Below are positions 18,519 through 26,342 of a stretch of 41,331 bases of DNA, piece after piece. Origin of the DNA: Dehalococcoidia bacterium (lineage in GTDB: Bacteria > Chloroflexota > Dehalococcoidia > GIF9 > AB-539-J10); contig JAUXIH010000001.1 in assembly GCA_030621105.1 (NCBI GenBank), positions 1 to 41,331 of the forward strand, read 5' to 3'. The stretch's first letter is position 1. Each line of letters opens with the position of its first letter. Made by a program: the position numbers and the translations under genes. The notes below the pieces were generated by a model, which was given only the letters and a program-made list of their open reading frames with translations, did not search any database and was not told where the DNA came from.

Positions 18519-19193
18519 TTGTTTAAAGTACTTATCATAGCAAATGAAAACGAGCAGATCAGAAAACTGCGACTAGAACTTGCTGAGAAAGATTTCATCT
18601 GCTCAATCGCTGCTAACAATGAAAAGGTGATCGAGCAGCTTGCGGATAAGGCCTTGGATCTAGTACTCATGGACATTAACGCCTTGCCAGCTGCCCAGGG
18701 AATGCGCCAATTGATCCAAAAAATCAAACGGGAAAGAAACTTACCCGTCCTCGCCCTCATTTCCAAAAATACGCTTGGTAGCCTCGACACTGTCTCAAGT
18801 ATAGATGATTTTGTGATTGAGCCGTGGAGCGCCTCCGAAGTAGCAGTAAGAGCAAAACGTGTCCTGTGGCGAATAAGCAACATAGATAGCGAGGAGTTAA
18901 TCAAATGTGGCGACTTAGTGATTGACATGGCCAGATGCGAAGTATCCCTCAGCGGCAAATTGGTAGAACTGACATTCAAGGAGTACGGATTGCTCAAGTT
19001 TCTGGCAAGTAGCAAGGGGAGAGTGCTTACCCGCGAGGCATTGCTCAGCAATGTCTGGGGCTATAACTACTACGGTGGTGATAGGACAGTAGATGTCCAC
19101 ATAAGAAGACTGAGAAGCAAGATAGAAGATGCCAATCACACCTTTATAGAAACGGTGAGAAACATAGGATACAGGTTCAGAGAAAAGGGGTAA
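18519..19193 (+). CDS. Orphan OmpR/PhoB-family response regulator with atypical receiver domain (GlnR-like by context)
   Basis: C-terminal winged helix (LTFKEYGLLKFL..., TVDVHIRRLRSKI, GYRF). The receiver keeps the Asp in LVLMDI but has AN in place of the acidic pair (LIIANEN) and E in place of the conserved Lys (IEPW). No kinase gene adjacent. TTG start with a weak SD. Confidence 0.8.
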   Translation: MFKVLIIANENEQIRKLRLELAEKDFICSIAANNEKVIEQLADKALDLVLMDINALPAAQGMRQLIQKIKRERNLPVLALISKNTLGSLDTVSSIDDFVIEPWSASEVAVRAKRVLWRISNIDSEELIKCGDLVIDMARCEVSLSGKLVELTFKEYGLLKFLASSKGRVLTREALLSNVWGYNYYGGDRTVDVHIRRLRSKIEDANHTFIETVRNIGYRFREKG

Positions 19194-19485
19194 TACTATA
19201 TTGAGTGGCATTGGTGGCAGCCTATAAGATGCGCTGTACTGAAGTAACATTTCCAACCTGCCTCGTCTTACAGATGGACAGGGGCTACGTGTAGGGTATA
19301 CCAGCCTGCACAACATAAATCTCCAGTGTAGACCACATCACCTTGGCATACTCTATCGAAGGAAGAGTTTCACTTCTTGATATAGGCCTTATGGAATAGG
19401 CGATGTCTGTTGACCTCGATTCGGTTGAATCCATGGTAAGTCAGAGAGGCGGGTTTCCTCCTATTAGTCACGACCAATAAATTTT

Positions 19486-19523
19486 GTAATACGGTTTTAA
19501 CCCAAGCGTAATACGATTGAAAC
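19486..19523 (+). promoter_or_regulatory. Four 5-nt boxes at 11-bp periodicity resembling GlnR a/b sites
   Basis: GTAAT-acggtt-TTAAC-ccaagc-GTAAT-acgatt-GAAAC. The GTAATACG octamer recurs 22 bp apart. The array ends 48 nt before the amt ATG. Confidence 0.4.
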
Positions 19524-19531
19524 ATATAGCT

Positions 19532-19570
19532 GCTATCCTTTTCCCCAGAAAGTTCAGAAAGGAGGATAGC
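19532..19570 (+). promoter_or_regulatory. Hairpin that could sequester the amt Shine-Dalgarno
   Basis: GCTATCCTTTT (19532-19542) can pair with AAAGGAGGATAGC (19558-19570). This gives 11 contiguous pairs including two G-U and covers GGAGG at 19561-19565. Confidence 0.3.
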
Positions 19571-19571
19571 C

Positions 19572-20969
19572 ATGGATTTGAGAAGCAAAGTGATGAGGAT
19601 AGCGTTGAGAGTGGGATTAACTCTTGGTCTCGTCTGCCTTGTGTGGCTGGCGTGGGCAGCAACGAAAGGCGTAGTTCTGGCTGCTGACCCCACCGGAATA
19701 GGAGGAACAGCAGATGCGGCAATAGACTATGTGTGGATATTAGTCTGTGCCTTCTTGGTAATGTTTATGCAGCCAGGGTTTGCCCTGGTTGGAGTTGGAT
19801 TTACCCGAACCAAGAACGCAGCCAATTTTATGACCAAAAATGTGATGGATTATGTCATCGGCTCGCTTGTCTTTTTCCTTGTAGGCTACGCCATAATGAT
19901 GGGTGGTGATTGGCATGGCCTCGTGGGCACACACGGCTGGCTTATGTTGGGCAGCTACTATGATGTGGATAAATACCTCAATATGTTTTGGATGCTGGTC
20001 TTTTGTGCCACTGCTGCCACCATTGTCGCTGGTGCTGTCGCTGAACGGTTGAAGTTTAAAGCATATCTCATCTACAGCGTCATAGTGAGCGCCATTATTT
20101 ATCCCATCTATGGCCACTGGGTCTGGGGTGGAGGCTGGCTCTCGCTACTGCCATTCGGGTTAGGAGCTATAGACTTTGCTGGTTCAGGAGTAGTCCACGC
20201 CATCGGCGGTTTCGTTGGATTGGCAGGGGCAATGGTTCTTGGTCCCAGGTTTGGCAAATATGGTAAAGATGGAAAGCCTCGAGCAATCCCTGGGCACAGC
20301 ATAGTATTAGCTACCTTGGGCGTCTTCATTCTCTGGTTTGGCTGGTTTGGCTTTAACTCAGGCAGCACTTGTGACGCCCACCATCTAAGAATTGCAGTTA
20401 TTGCCGTAAACACTAACCTAGCTGCTGCTGCCGGTGGTTTGTCAGCGTTGTTCATATCACGGTGGAAGACAGAGAAATGGGATATAGGTATGCTTCTGAA
20501 CGGCGTATTGGCAGGACTGGTTGCCATTACCGCCTCCTGCGCTTGGGTAGAAGGTTGGGCAGCAATTGTAATTGGTCTTATTGCCGGAGCGTTAATGTAC
20601 GCCAGCGTCAAATTTATTGAAGCAAGAGGTATAGATGATCCCGTGGGAGCAGTAAGTGTGCATGGCGTAAATGGATTATGGGGGCTCTTAAGTGTTGGCT
20701 TCTTTGCTGATGGGACATACGGGAATTACTCCACTGGGGCTCCATTCGCCACAGGTCTGTTCTATGGTGGCGGAGGGGGGCAGTTACTTGCCCAGTTTAT
20801 CAGTGTAGTAATGGTTGCCGCTTGGGCATTCGGTATGGGCTACCTAACTTTTAAGCTAATGGATAAGGCGTTTGGCATTCGTGTCTCACCTGAAGAGGAA
20901 CTTCAGGGCTTGGATATTCCGGAGCATGGCACTCCATCCTACCCCGACTTTATCCAGGTGCGAAGATAA
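19572..20969 (+). CDS. amt: Ammonium transporter
   Basis: 465 aa, N-terminal signal-like segment and about 11 TM helices. Amt motifs DFAGSGVVH and GWFGFN. Confidence 0.92.
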   Translation: MDLRSKVMRIALRVGLTLGLVCLVWLAWAATKGVVLAADPTGIGGTADAAIDYVWILVCAFLVMFMQPGFALVGVGFTRTKNAANFMTKNVMDYVIGSLVFFLVGYAIMMGGDWHGLVGTHGWLMLGSYYDVDKYLNMFWMLVFCATAATIVAGAVAERLKFKAYLIYSVIVSAIIYPIYGHWVWGGGWLSLLPFGLGAIDFAGSGVVHAIGGFVGLAGAMVLGPRFGKYGKDGKPRAIPGHSIVLATLGVFILWFGWFGFNSGSTCDAHHLRIAVIAVNTNLAAAAGGLSALFISRWKTEKWDIGMLLNGVLAGLVAITASCAWVEGWAAIVIGLIAGALMYASVKFIEARGIDDPVGAVSVHGVNGLWGLLSVGFFADGTYGNYSTGAPFATGLFYGGGGGQLLAQFISVVMVAAWAFGMGYLTFKLMDKAFGIRVSPEEELQGLDIPEHGTPSYPDFIQVRR

Positions 20970-20989
20970 ACTAGCGAGGAGTATGACAA

Positions 20990-21328
20990 ATGAAAAAAAT
21001 AGAAGCAATAATCAGGGTAGAGAAATTCGAGGAGGTAAAGGACGCTTTAAAGCAAGCAGGCTATCCAGGGATGACAAAGACCCCTGTTGAGGGCCACGGG
21101 AAGCAGAAGGGACTCAAACAACAGTTTCGCGGCACAACATTTGAGGTAGAGTTTCCCCCCAAGCTAAAGTTGGAAATTGTTGCTCAGGATGGCGATGTGA
21201 AAGGAATAGTGGATACTATTGTGACTCACGCCAGGACCGGAGAGGTCGGCGATGGCAAGATCTTTGTTTCCCCTGTGGACAACGTGATCAGAGTAAGAAC
21301 GGGAGAGACAGGCGGGGAAGCCCTATGA
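20990..21328 (+). CDS. glnK: Nitrogen regulatory protein P-II
   Basis: 112 aa, MKKIEAIIR..., T-loop GHGKQKGLKQQFRGTTFEV, C-terminal GDGKIFV. Immediately downstream of amt. Confidence 0.92.
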   Translation: MKKIEAIIRVEKFEEVKDALKQAGYPGMTKTPVEGHGKQKGLKQQFRGTTFEVEFPPKLKLEIVAQDGDVKGIVDTIVTHARTGEVGDGKIFVSPVDNVIRVRTGETGGEAL

Positions 21329-21349
21329 TAACTTAAGGGTCATGTTTTA

Positions 21350-21383
21350 AAGGGGGCACCGATAGTAGCCTGAGTGCCCCCTT
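21350..21383 (+). terminator. Terminator hairpin after glnK
   Basis: AAGGGGGCAC ... GTGCCCCCTT, a 10-bp GC-rich stem with a 14-nt loop, 22 nt after the stop. The T tract is short. Confidence 0.6.
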
Positions 21384-21439
21384 GCTAACAAGATGAGAAT
21401 CTTCACAAAAACTCAAGGAGGAAATAAGAAAACAGAATA

Positions 21440-21453
21440 TAGTAAGCTTACTA
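21440..21453 (+). promoter_or_regulatory. Perfect 14-bp palindrome TAGTAAGCTTACTA upstream of glnA
   Basis: Self-complementary. It lies about 20 nt upstream of the predicted extended -10. Confidence 0.3.
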
Positions 21454-21470
21454 GGAGTGGTTCTGATTTG

Positions 21471-21479
21471 TGTTATGAT
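21471..21479 (+). promoter_or_regulatory. Extended -10 promoter element for glnA
   Basis: TGTTATGAT (TGn + TATGAT), 36 nt upstream of the glnA ATG. Confidence 0.35.
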
Positions 21480-21514
21480 GACAGCAATTATAATTATATT
21501 AAGGAGGAGAATTA

Positions 21515-22858
21515 ATGACTGCTAGAGAGAACGATGAATCTCGAGAATATGTCCTCAAGATGGCAAAAGAGCATGATGTTAAATTCATCAGGCTATGGTT
21601 CACCGACATTCTAGGTGTGCTCAAGAGTTTCGCTATCACTAGTGAGGAGCTTGAAGAAGCACTAGAAGAAGGAATGGGGTTCGACGGATCGTCCATCGAG
21701 GGTTTTGCACGCATAGACGAAAGCGATATGATAGCTATGCCCGACACTAATACCTTCCAGTTGCTTCCCTGGCGCCCCAAAGAGCATCATGCCGTAGCCA
21801 GGATGTTCTGTAACATTTTGAAGCCAGGTGGTGAACCATTCGAGGGTGACCCCAGATATGTCCTGAAAAAAAACCTGAAGCGAGCATCCGACCTCGGCTA
21901 CACCTTCTATGTAGGACCTGAGCTCGAGTATTTCTATTTTCGAGACTCAAATGGCACTGAGCCACTAGACAAGGGGAGTTACTTCGATTTAACCCCTCTT
22001 GATATGGCTTCTGACCTGAAGAGAGAGACAGTGCTCACCTTAGAGGAAATGGGTATCGGCATCGAATATTCCCACCATGAGGTCGCTCCCAGCCAGCATG
22101 AGATAGACATGAGATACACCGATGCCCTGACTATGGCTGACAATGTAATGACCTACCGCCTGGTGGTTAAGCAAATAGCCTTAAAACACGGAGTCTATGC
22201 CACATTTATGCCTAAACCTGTATTCGGTGTAAATGGCAGCGGAATGCATGTGCACCAGTCACTATTCAGAGGTGACCGGAATGCCTTTTTTGCCAAGGAT
22301 GATCAGTTTAGCCTTTCAGAAGAGGCTAAATTCTATATTGCAGGGCTTTTGAAGCATGCACAGGAGATCACTCTGGTCTGTAACCAGTGGGTCAATTCCT
22401 ACAAGCGCTTGGTCCCGGGGTATGAGGCACCCGTATACCTATCCTGGGCACGAAGAAACCGGGCAGACTTGGTCAGGGTGCCGGAATACAAGCCAGGAAA
22501 GGAAACTGCCACTCGGGTGGAGTTTAGATCTGCCGATCCCGCCTGCAATCCGTACCTTACCTTTAGCGTAATGCTGGCAGCTGGCTTGGAAGGAATTAAG
22601 AAGAAATACAAGGTACCCGAGCCAGTAGAGAAAAATGTGTACGCGATGAGCGAGGAGGAAAGGAAGCAGAGAGGAATAGGAACCCTGCCTGCCAGTCTAT
22701 GGGAAGCCATCCAGGTCACTGAAAAGAGCGAACTCGTGCGCAAAGCCCTCGGGGATCACGTTTTCGATGCTTTCATCAAGGACAAGAAGATCGAGTGGGA
22801 TATGTACCGAACCCAGGTGACCGATTACGAGCTCAAGAGATACCTGTCAATCTTGTAA
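21515..22858 (+). CDS. glnA: Glutamine synthetase, type I
   Basis: 447 aa, with FTDILG, GFDGSSIEGF, GPELEYF, HHEVAPSQHEI, NGSGMHVHQS and VRVP motifs. SD AAGGAGG upstream. Confidence 0.95.
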   Translation: MTARENDESREYVLKMAKEHDVKFIRLWFTDILGVLKSFAITSEELEEALEEGMGFDGSSIEGFARIDESDMIAMPDTNTFQLLPWRPKEHHAVARMFCNILKPGGEPFEGDPRYVLKKNLKRASDLGYTFYVGPELEYFYFRDSNGTEPLDKGSYFDLTPLDMASDLKRETVLTLEEMGIGIEYSHHEVAPSQHEIDMRYTDALTMADNVMTYRLVVKQIALKHGVYATFMPKPVFGVNGSGMHVHQSLFRGDRNAFFAKDDQFSLSEEAKFYIAGLLKHAQEITLVCNQWVNSYKRLVPGYEAPVYLSWARRNRADLVRVPEYKPGKETATRVEFRSADPACNPYLTFSVMLAAGLEGIKKKYKVPEPVEKNVYAMSEEERKQRGIGTLPASLWEAIQVTEKSELVRKALGDHVFDAFIKDKKIEWDMYRTQVTDYELKRYLSIL

Positions 22859-22900
22859 GTGCCATACAGTCTGTTGTATTCTGTATCCTGAGAGGATAAT

Positions 22901-24643
22901 ATGCGCGGACTGCGAATTGGTATGGCTCAGATCAACACCATCGTAGGCGACTTTGCGGGCAACGCCCAGAAGATTCTAAAGACAATTGCCGAGGCAAGGC
23001 CCCTGGGTATTGATTTGCTCACATTTCCGGAACTCGCAATTTGCGGTTATCCCCCTGAGGACCTCTTGCTCAAGCCACAGTTTATAGATGAAAACCTGCG
23101 ATCCCTGGACAAGATAGTTGAGAGATCCTCGGGGATTTCTATCGTGGTTGGCTTCGTGGATACCAGAAGCGACATCTACAACGCCGCAGCTATGATCCAC
23201 GATGGAAAGATAGTTGGCATATACCACAAGATATATCTTCCCAACTATGGAGTCTTCGATGAGAACCGATATTTCCAGGCTGGCAACGAGTGCCCCGTGT
23301 ATACCATAGCCGGCATAGGCGTGGGCGTTAACATCTGCGAGGACATCTGGTATGAGGCAGGCCCAACTACCACGCAAGCCTACTCTGGAGCTGAGGTCAT
23401 AGTGAACATAAGCGCTTCACCATATCATTCGGGCAAACGGAATTTCAGAGAGAGAATGCTGAGTACTCGTGCCTCGGATAATGTCGCCATAGTGGCCCAT
23501 AACAACCTGGTAGGCGGGCAGGATGAACTGGTTTTTGATGGCAATAGCATGATATTGGACGAGAAGGGGCGATTGTTAGCCAGGGGTAAACAATTCGAGG
23601 AAGACCTGATAGTAGCCGATCTTGATATAGAGGCTGTCTTTCGCGCGCGCCTTCATGATCCCAGGTGGAGGAAGGAGGCACTACTGGAAGAACAACGATG
23701 GCACACAACGAAAATAGTGGTATCTGAAGAACCACACACTACCTCAAAACCATCGCTTCCACAAAGACAAATCCAGGTGAGTGATGTTCCCGGGGATATC
23801 TATGACGCACTGGTGCTGGGTACACAAGATTATGTAAACAAAAATGGCTTCGAAAAGGTGCTGATTGGCCTCTCCGGAGGAATCGATTCAGGCTTGGTAG
23901 CATCCATCGCAGTTGATGCTCTGGGGTCTTCAAATGTAGTCGGTGTGGCGATGCCTTCGAGATACTCTTCTCCCGGCAGCATATCGGATGCCGAGCTTCT
24001 GGCTCACAATCTGAGTATCAAGCTCATGACCATCCCAATTGAGAAGGCCTTTCAAGCCTATCTGGAAATGCTCGCGGCACCTTTTAAAGGAATCAAGCCT
24101 AATGTGGCCGAGGAGAACATTCAAGCCCGTATCAGAGGCAATATCCTGATGGCACTGTCAAATAAATTCGGCTGGCTTGTTCTTGCCACAGGCAACAAGA
24201 GCGAGATGGCCACCGGATATACCACACTATACGGGGACATGGCAGGTGGATTCGCGGTTATAAAAGATGTGTCCAAGACTACAGTTTACAAACTCGCCAG
24301 ATACCGAAACTCAGTAGCGGGCTCAGAACTCATTCCATCCACTATCATAAATAAAGCACCCTCCGCCGAGCTAAGACCCGAGCAACAGGATATTGACACG
24401 TTGCCCCCATACGACCTCCTCGATCCCATCCTGACGGCTTATGTCGAGGAAGACAAAAGCGTTGAACAGATTATCGCTATGGGAATCGATGAAAAGGCGG
24501 TCAGGAGAGCCGCTCGGCTGGTAGATACGAGTGAGTATAAGCGCCGTCAGGCACCACCAGGCATCAAGATAACCCCAAGAGCATTCGGCCGAGACAGAAG
24601 GCTCCCCATCACAAACCAGTTCAAAGAGTCGGCTGAGACATGA
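22901..24643 (+). CDS. nadE: Glutamine-dependent NAD+ synthetase (nitrilase-type glutaminase domain plus NAD synthetase domain)
   Basis: CN-hydrolase triad context ([16 protein letters not shown]) followed by the N-type ATP pyrophosphatase motif GLSGGIDS. 580 aa. Confidence 0.9.
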   Translation: MRGLRIGMAQINTIVGDFAGNAQKILKTIAEARPLGIDLLTFPELAICGYPPEDLLLKPQFIDENLRSLDKIVERSSGISIVVGFVDTRSDIYNAAAMIHDGKIVGIYHKIYLPNYGVFDENRYFQAGNECPVYTIAGIGVGVNICEDIWYEAGPTTTQAYSGAEVIVNISASPYHSGKRNFRERMLSTRASDNVAIVAHNNLVGGQDELVFDGNSMILDEKGRLLARGKQFEEDLIVADLDIEAVFRARLHDPRWRKEALLEEQRWHTTKIVVSEEPHTTSKPSLPQRQIQVSDVPGDIYDALVLGTQDYVNKNGFEKVLIGLSGGIDSGLVASIAVDALGSSNVVGVAMPSRYSSPGSISDAELLAHNLSIKLMTIPIEKAFQAYLEMLAAPFKGIKPNVAEENIQARIRGNILMALSNKFGWLVLATGNKSEMATGYTTLYGDMAGGFAVIKDVSKTTVYKLARYRNSVAGSELIPSTIINKAPSAELRPEQQDIDTLPPYDLLDPILTAYVEEDKSVEQIIAMGIDEKAVRRAARLVDTSEYKRRQAPPGIKITPRAFGRDRRLPITNQFKESAET

Positions 24644-25227
24644 AAATAGGAGTGCTTGCTTTGCAAGGAGCATTCTTGGAACATATCCATATCATGCAGC
24701 AACTGGGGGCAGAGGCTTCTCCCATTCGCCTGCCCAATGAGCTTGATGGAAAAGATGGTTTTATTATCCCCGGTGGAGAAAGTTCCGCTATGCTCAATCT
24801 GATGCAAAGCTTTAACCTCATCCAGCCCCTGCGAGAAATAGCCAAGGGTGGTGTGCCCATCTGGGGCACATGTGCCGGGATGATCCTGCTTGCCAAGAAG
24901 ATCTCTAATCTCGATACAGAGACTCTGGCCCTCATGGATATGACAGTCAGGCGTAACGCATTCGGGAGACAGATAGACAGTTTCGAGACTGAATTATCAA
25001 TCCCTGCCTTAGGAAATAAACCGTTTCCCGCTGTTTTTATCCGCGCCCCATTTATTGAAAGCGCAAGCCAGAAGGTAGAAATTCTAGCCAGATTACCAGA
25101 TGGCACTCCCGTAGCTGCCAAGCAGGGAAAGTTGCTGGTCACTGCTTTTCACCCTGAGCTAACTGGAGATCCAAGGCTACATGACTATTTCTTAAAAATT
25201 GTCACCTCCGCCGCTTCGAAGAAGTAG
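24640..25227 (+). CDS. pdxT: Pyridoxal 5'-phosphate synthase glutaminase subunit PdxT
   Basis: [18 protein letters not shown], catalytic GTCAGMI, RNAFGRQ and AFHPELT. The ATG overlaps the nadE TGA (ATGA). Confidence 0.9.
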   Translation: MKIGVLALQGAFLEHIHIMQQLGAEASPIRLPNELDGKDGFIIPGGESSAMLNLMQSFNLIQPLREIAKGGVPIWGTCAGMILLAKKISNLDTETLALMDMTVRRNAFGRQIDSFETELSIPALGNKPFPAVFIRAPFIESASQKVEILARLPDGTPVAAKQGKLLVTAFHPELTGDPRLHDYFLKIVTSAASKK

Positions 25228-25315
25228 GTAGAAGGCTGGGGTATGCCAGCGTTGCCCACACTCTTGATACTTACAACATACTGGAGAAAACCATTAACAA
25301 CGGCGAAAAATCACC

Positions 25316-25339
25316 CAAAATCCGAAATGCGAGATTTTG
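25316..25339 (-). terminator. Weak AT-rich hairpin downstream of tRNA-Lys
   Basis: CAAAATC/GATTTTG stem. On the minus strand it is followed by GGGTGATTTTTCG. Confidence 0.3.
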
Positions 25340-25343
25340 AATG

Positions 25344-25416
25344 TGAGCCGCCAGGGACTCGAACCCTGAACCTGCTGATTAAGAGTCAGCTGCTCTACCA
25401 GTTGAGCTAGCGGCCC
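25344..25416 (-). tRNA. tRNA-Lys (anticodon CTT)
   Basis: Minus-strand sequence GGGCCGCTAGCTCAACTGGTAGAGCAGCTGACTCTTAATCAGCAGGTTCAGGGTTCGAGTCCCTGGCGGCTCA folds as a cloverleaf. CCA is not encoded. Confidence 0.9.
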
Positions 25417-25472
25417 AGCACTCAGATATTAGCACCAGGAAAAACCTGAGACAAGCTGGCATATTCTTCATG

Positions 25473-26216
25473 CTAGAGAATGGTATAAACTATTTGCACA
25501 CTGACTGAAACCTCTAATTCTCCTGGGCTAATAGCAGTTTCAGGCATAGAAGCTCCCTGATCCTTATATCCCAAAAAATCATTCCTGTATGGCCAGTAGA
25601 TAGAGCTATCCGAAATATAGCTAGGCTTACCCAACTGAACGCCAGATGTATCAGCCAGTTGTATTGCCTTGGCATACGCATTTTCCACCGCCTTAGCCCT
25701 GGCAGCCTCATAATATGGCATGGGGTTGTCTACAGTAAAAGTTATGCCCTGAATTCGAATAAGGTCACCCCCAGCATCAACAACATCATCTATCACAGAT
25801 CCAGCATTATCAAGGTCTCGCAGTTTAACCAGCACCATATTACTAACCCTGTAGCCGATGGTTGTCTGCTCGCCCCCATTCCACTTTATTACAGGACAAA
25901 TACTATACCTCTGTGTCTGGATATCTTTCTCGGCCACCCCATCAGCCTGTAGCGCTTGCATGACTTTGTCCATAGCTTCAGTCGCCAGAGCCTGAGCACT
26001 AGCCACTGTTTCAGCTTGAGCCTCAACACCCAAGGTAATTTTGGCAATATCAGGAACCGCCATGGACGTCCCCGTACCAGTAACCCATATCCCCGTGTTT
26101 TGCTGCGAAGACTGGCTGGAAGAATAAGCAAGCTCATGATTTTGGGAGGCACAGCCAACTGCTACCAGCGCCAAGACCATCACCAGTGAAGAAATTAACC
26201 ACCAAACTTTTCGCAT
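25473..26216 (-). CDS. SIMPL (DUF541) domain lipoprotein
   Basis: Signal peptide with lipobox VGCAS. SIMPL-like body (TLGVEAQAETVASAQ..., GYRVSNMVLVKLRD, ISPGELEVSVSVQIVY). The ATG at 26216 sits 8 nt after AAGGAG; the track GTG at 26225 abuts the SD. Confidence 0.75.
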   Translation of the reverse strand: MRKVWWLISSLVMVLALVAVGCASQNHELAYSSSQSSQQNTGIWVTGTGTSMAVPDIAKITLGVEAQAETVASAQALATEAMDKVMQALQADGVAEKDIQTQRYSICPVIKWNGGEQTTIGYRVSNMVLVKLRDLDNAGSVIDDVVDAGGDLIRIQGITFTVDNPMPYYEAARAKAVENAYAKAIQLADTSGVQLGKPSYISDSSIYWPYRNDFLGYKDQGASMPETAISPGELEVSVSVQIVYTIL

Positions 26217-26342
26217 ATAACACACTCCTTATATTTCATGATATATTTTTTCGGGAACTGCTCGAGCCTCTAACTTACTTACACGATATAACGAAGCATA
26301 TTAGATTTAGGTTTATGCGTGGTGATAAAATAACTTCCAGTC

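Noticed and set aside
18446-19051. 201-aa ORF antisense to the response regulator; similar long antisense ORFs occur at 24621-25142, 20108-20611, 13129-13572, 15305-15706, 8800-9237 and 1029-1373
   Set aside because: Each is completely nested opposite a gene with clear family motifs. They have low-complexity Ser/Pro/Arg-rich composition and no SD. They are typical shadow ORFs.
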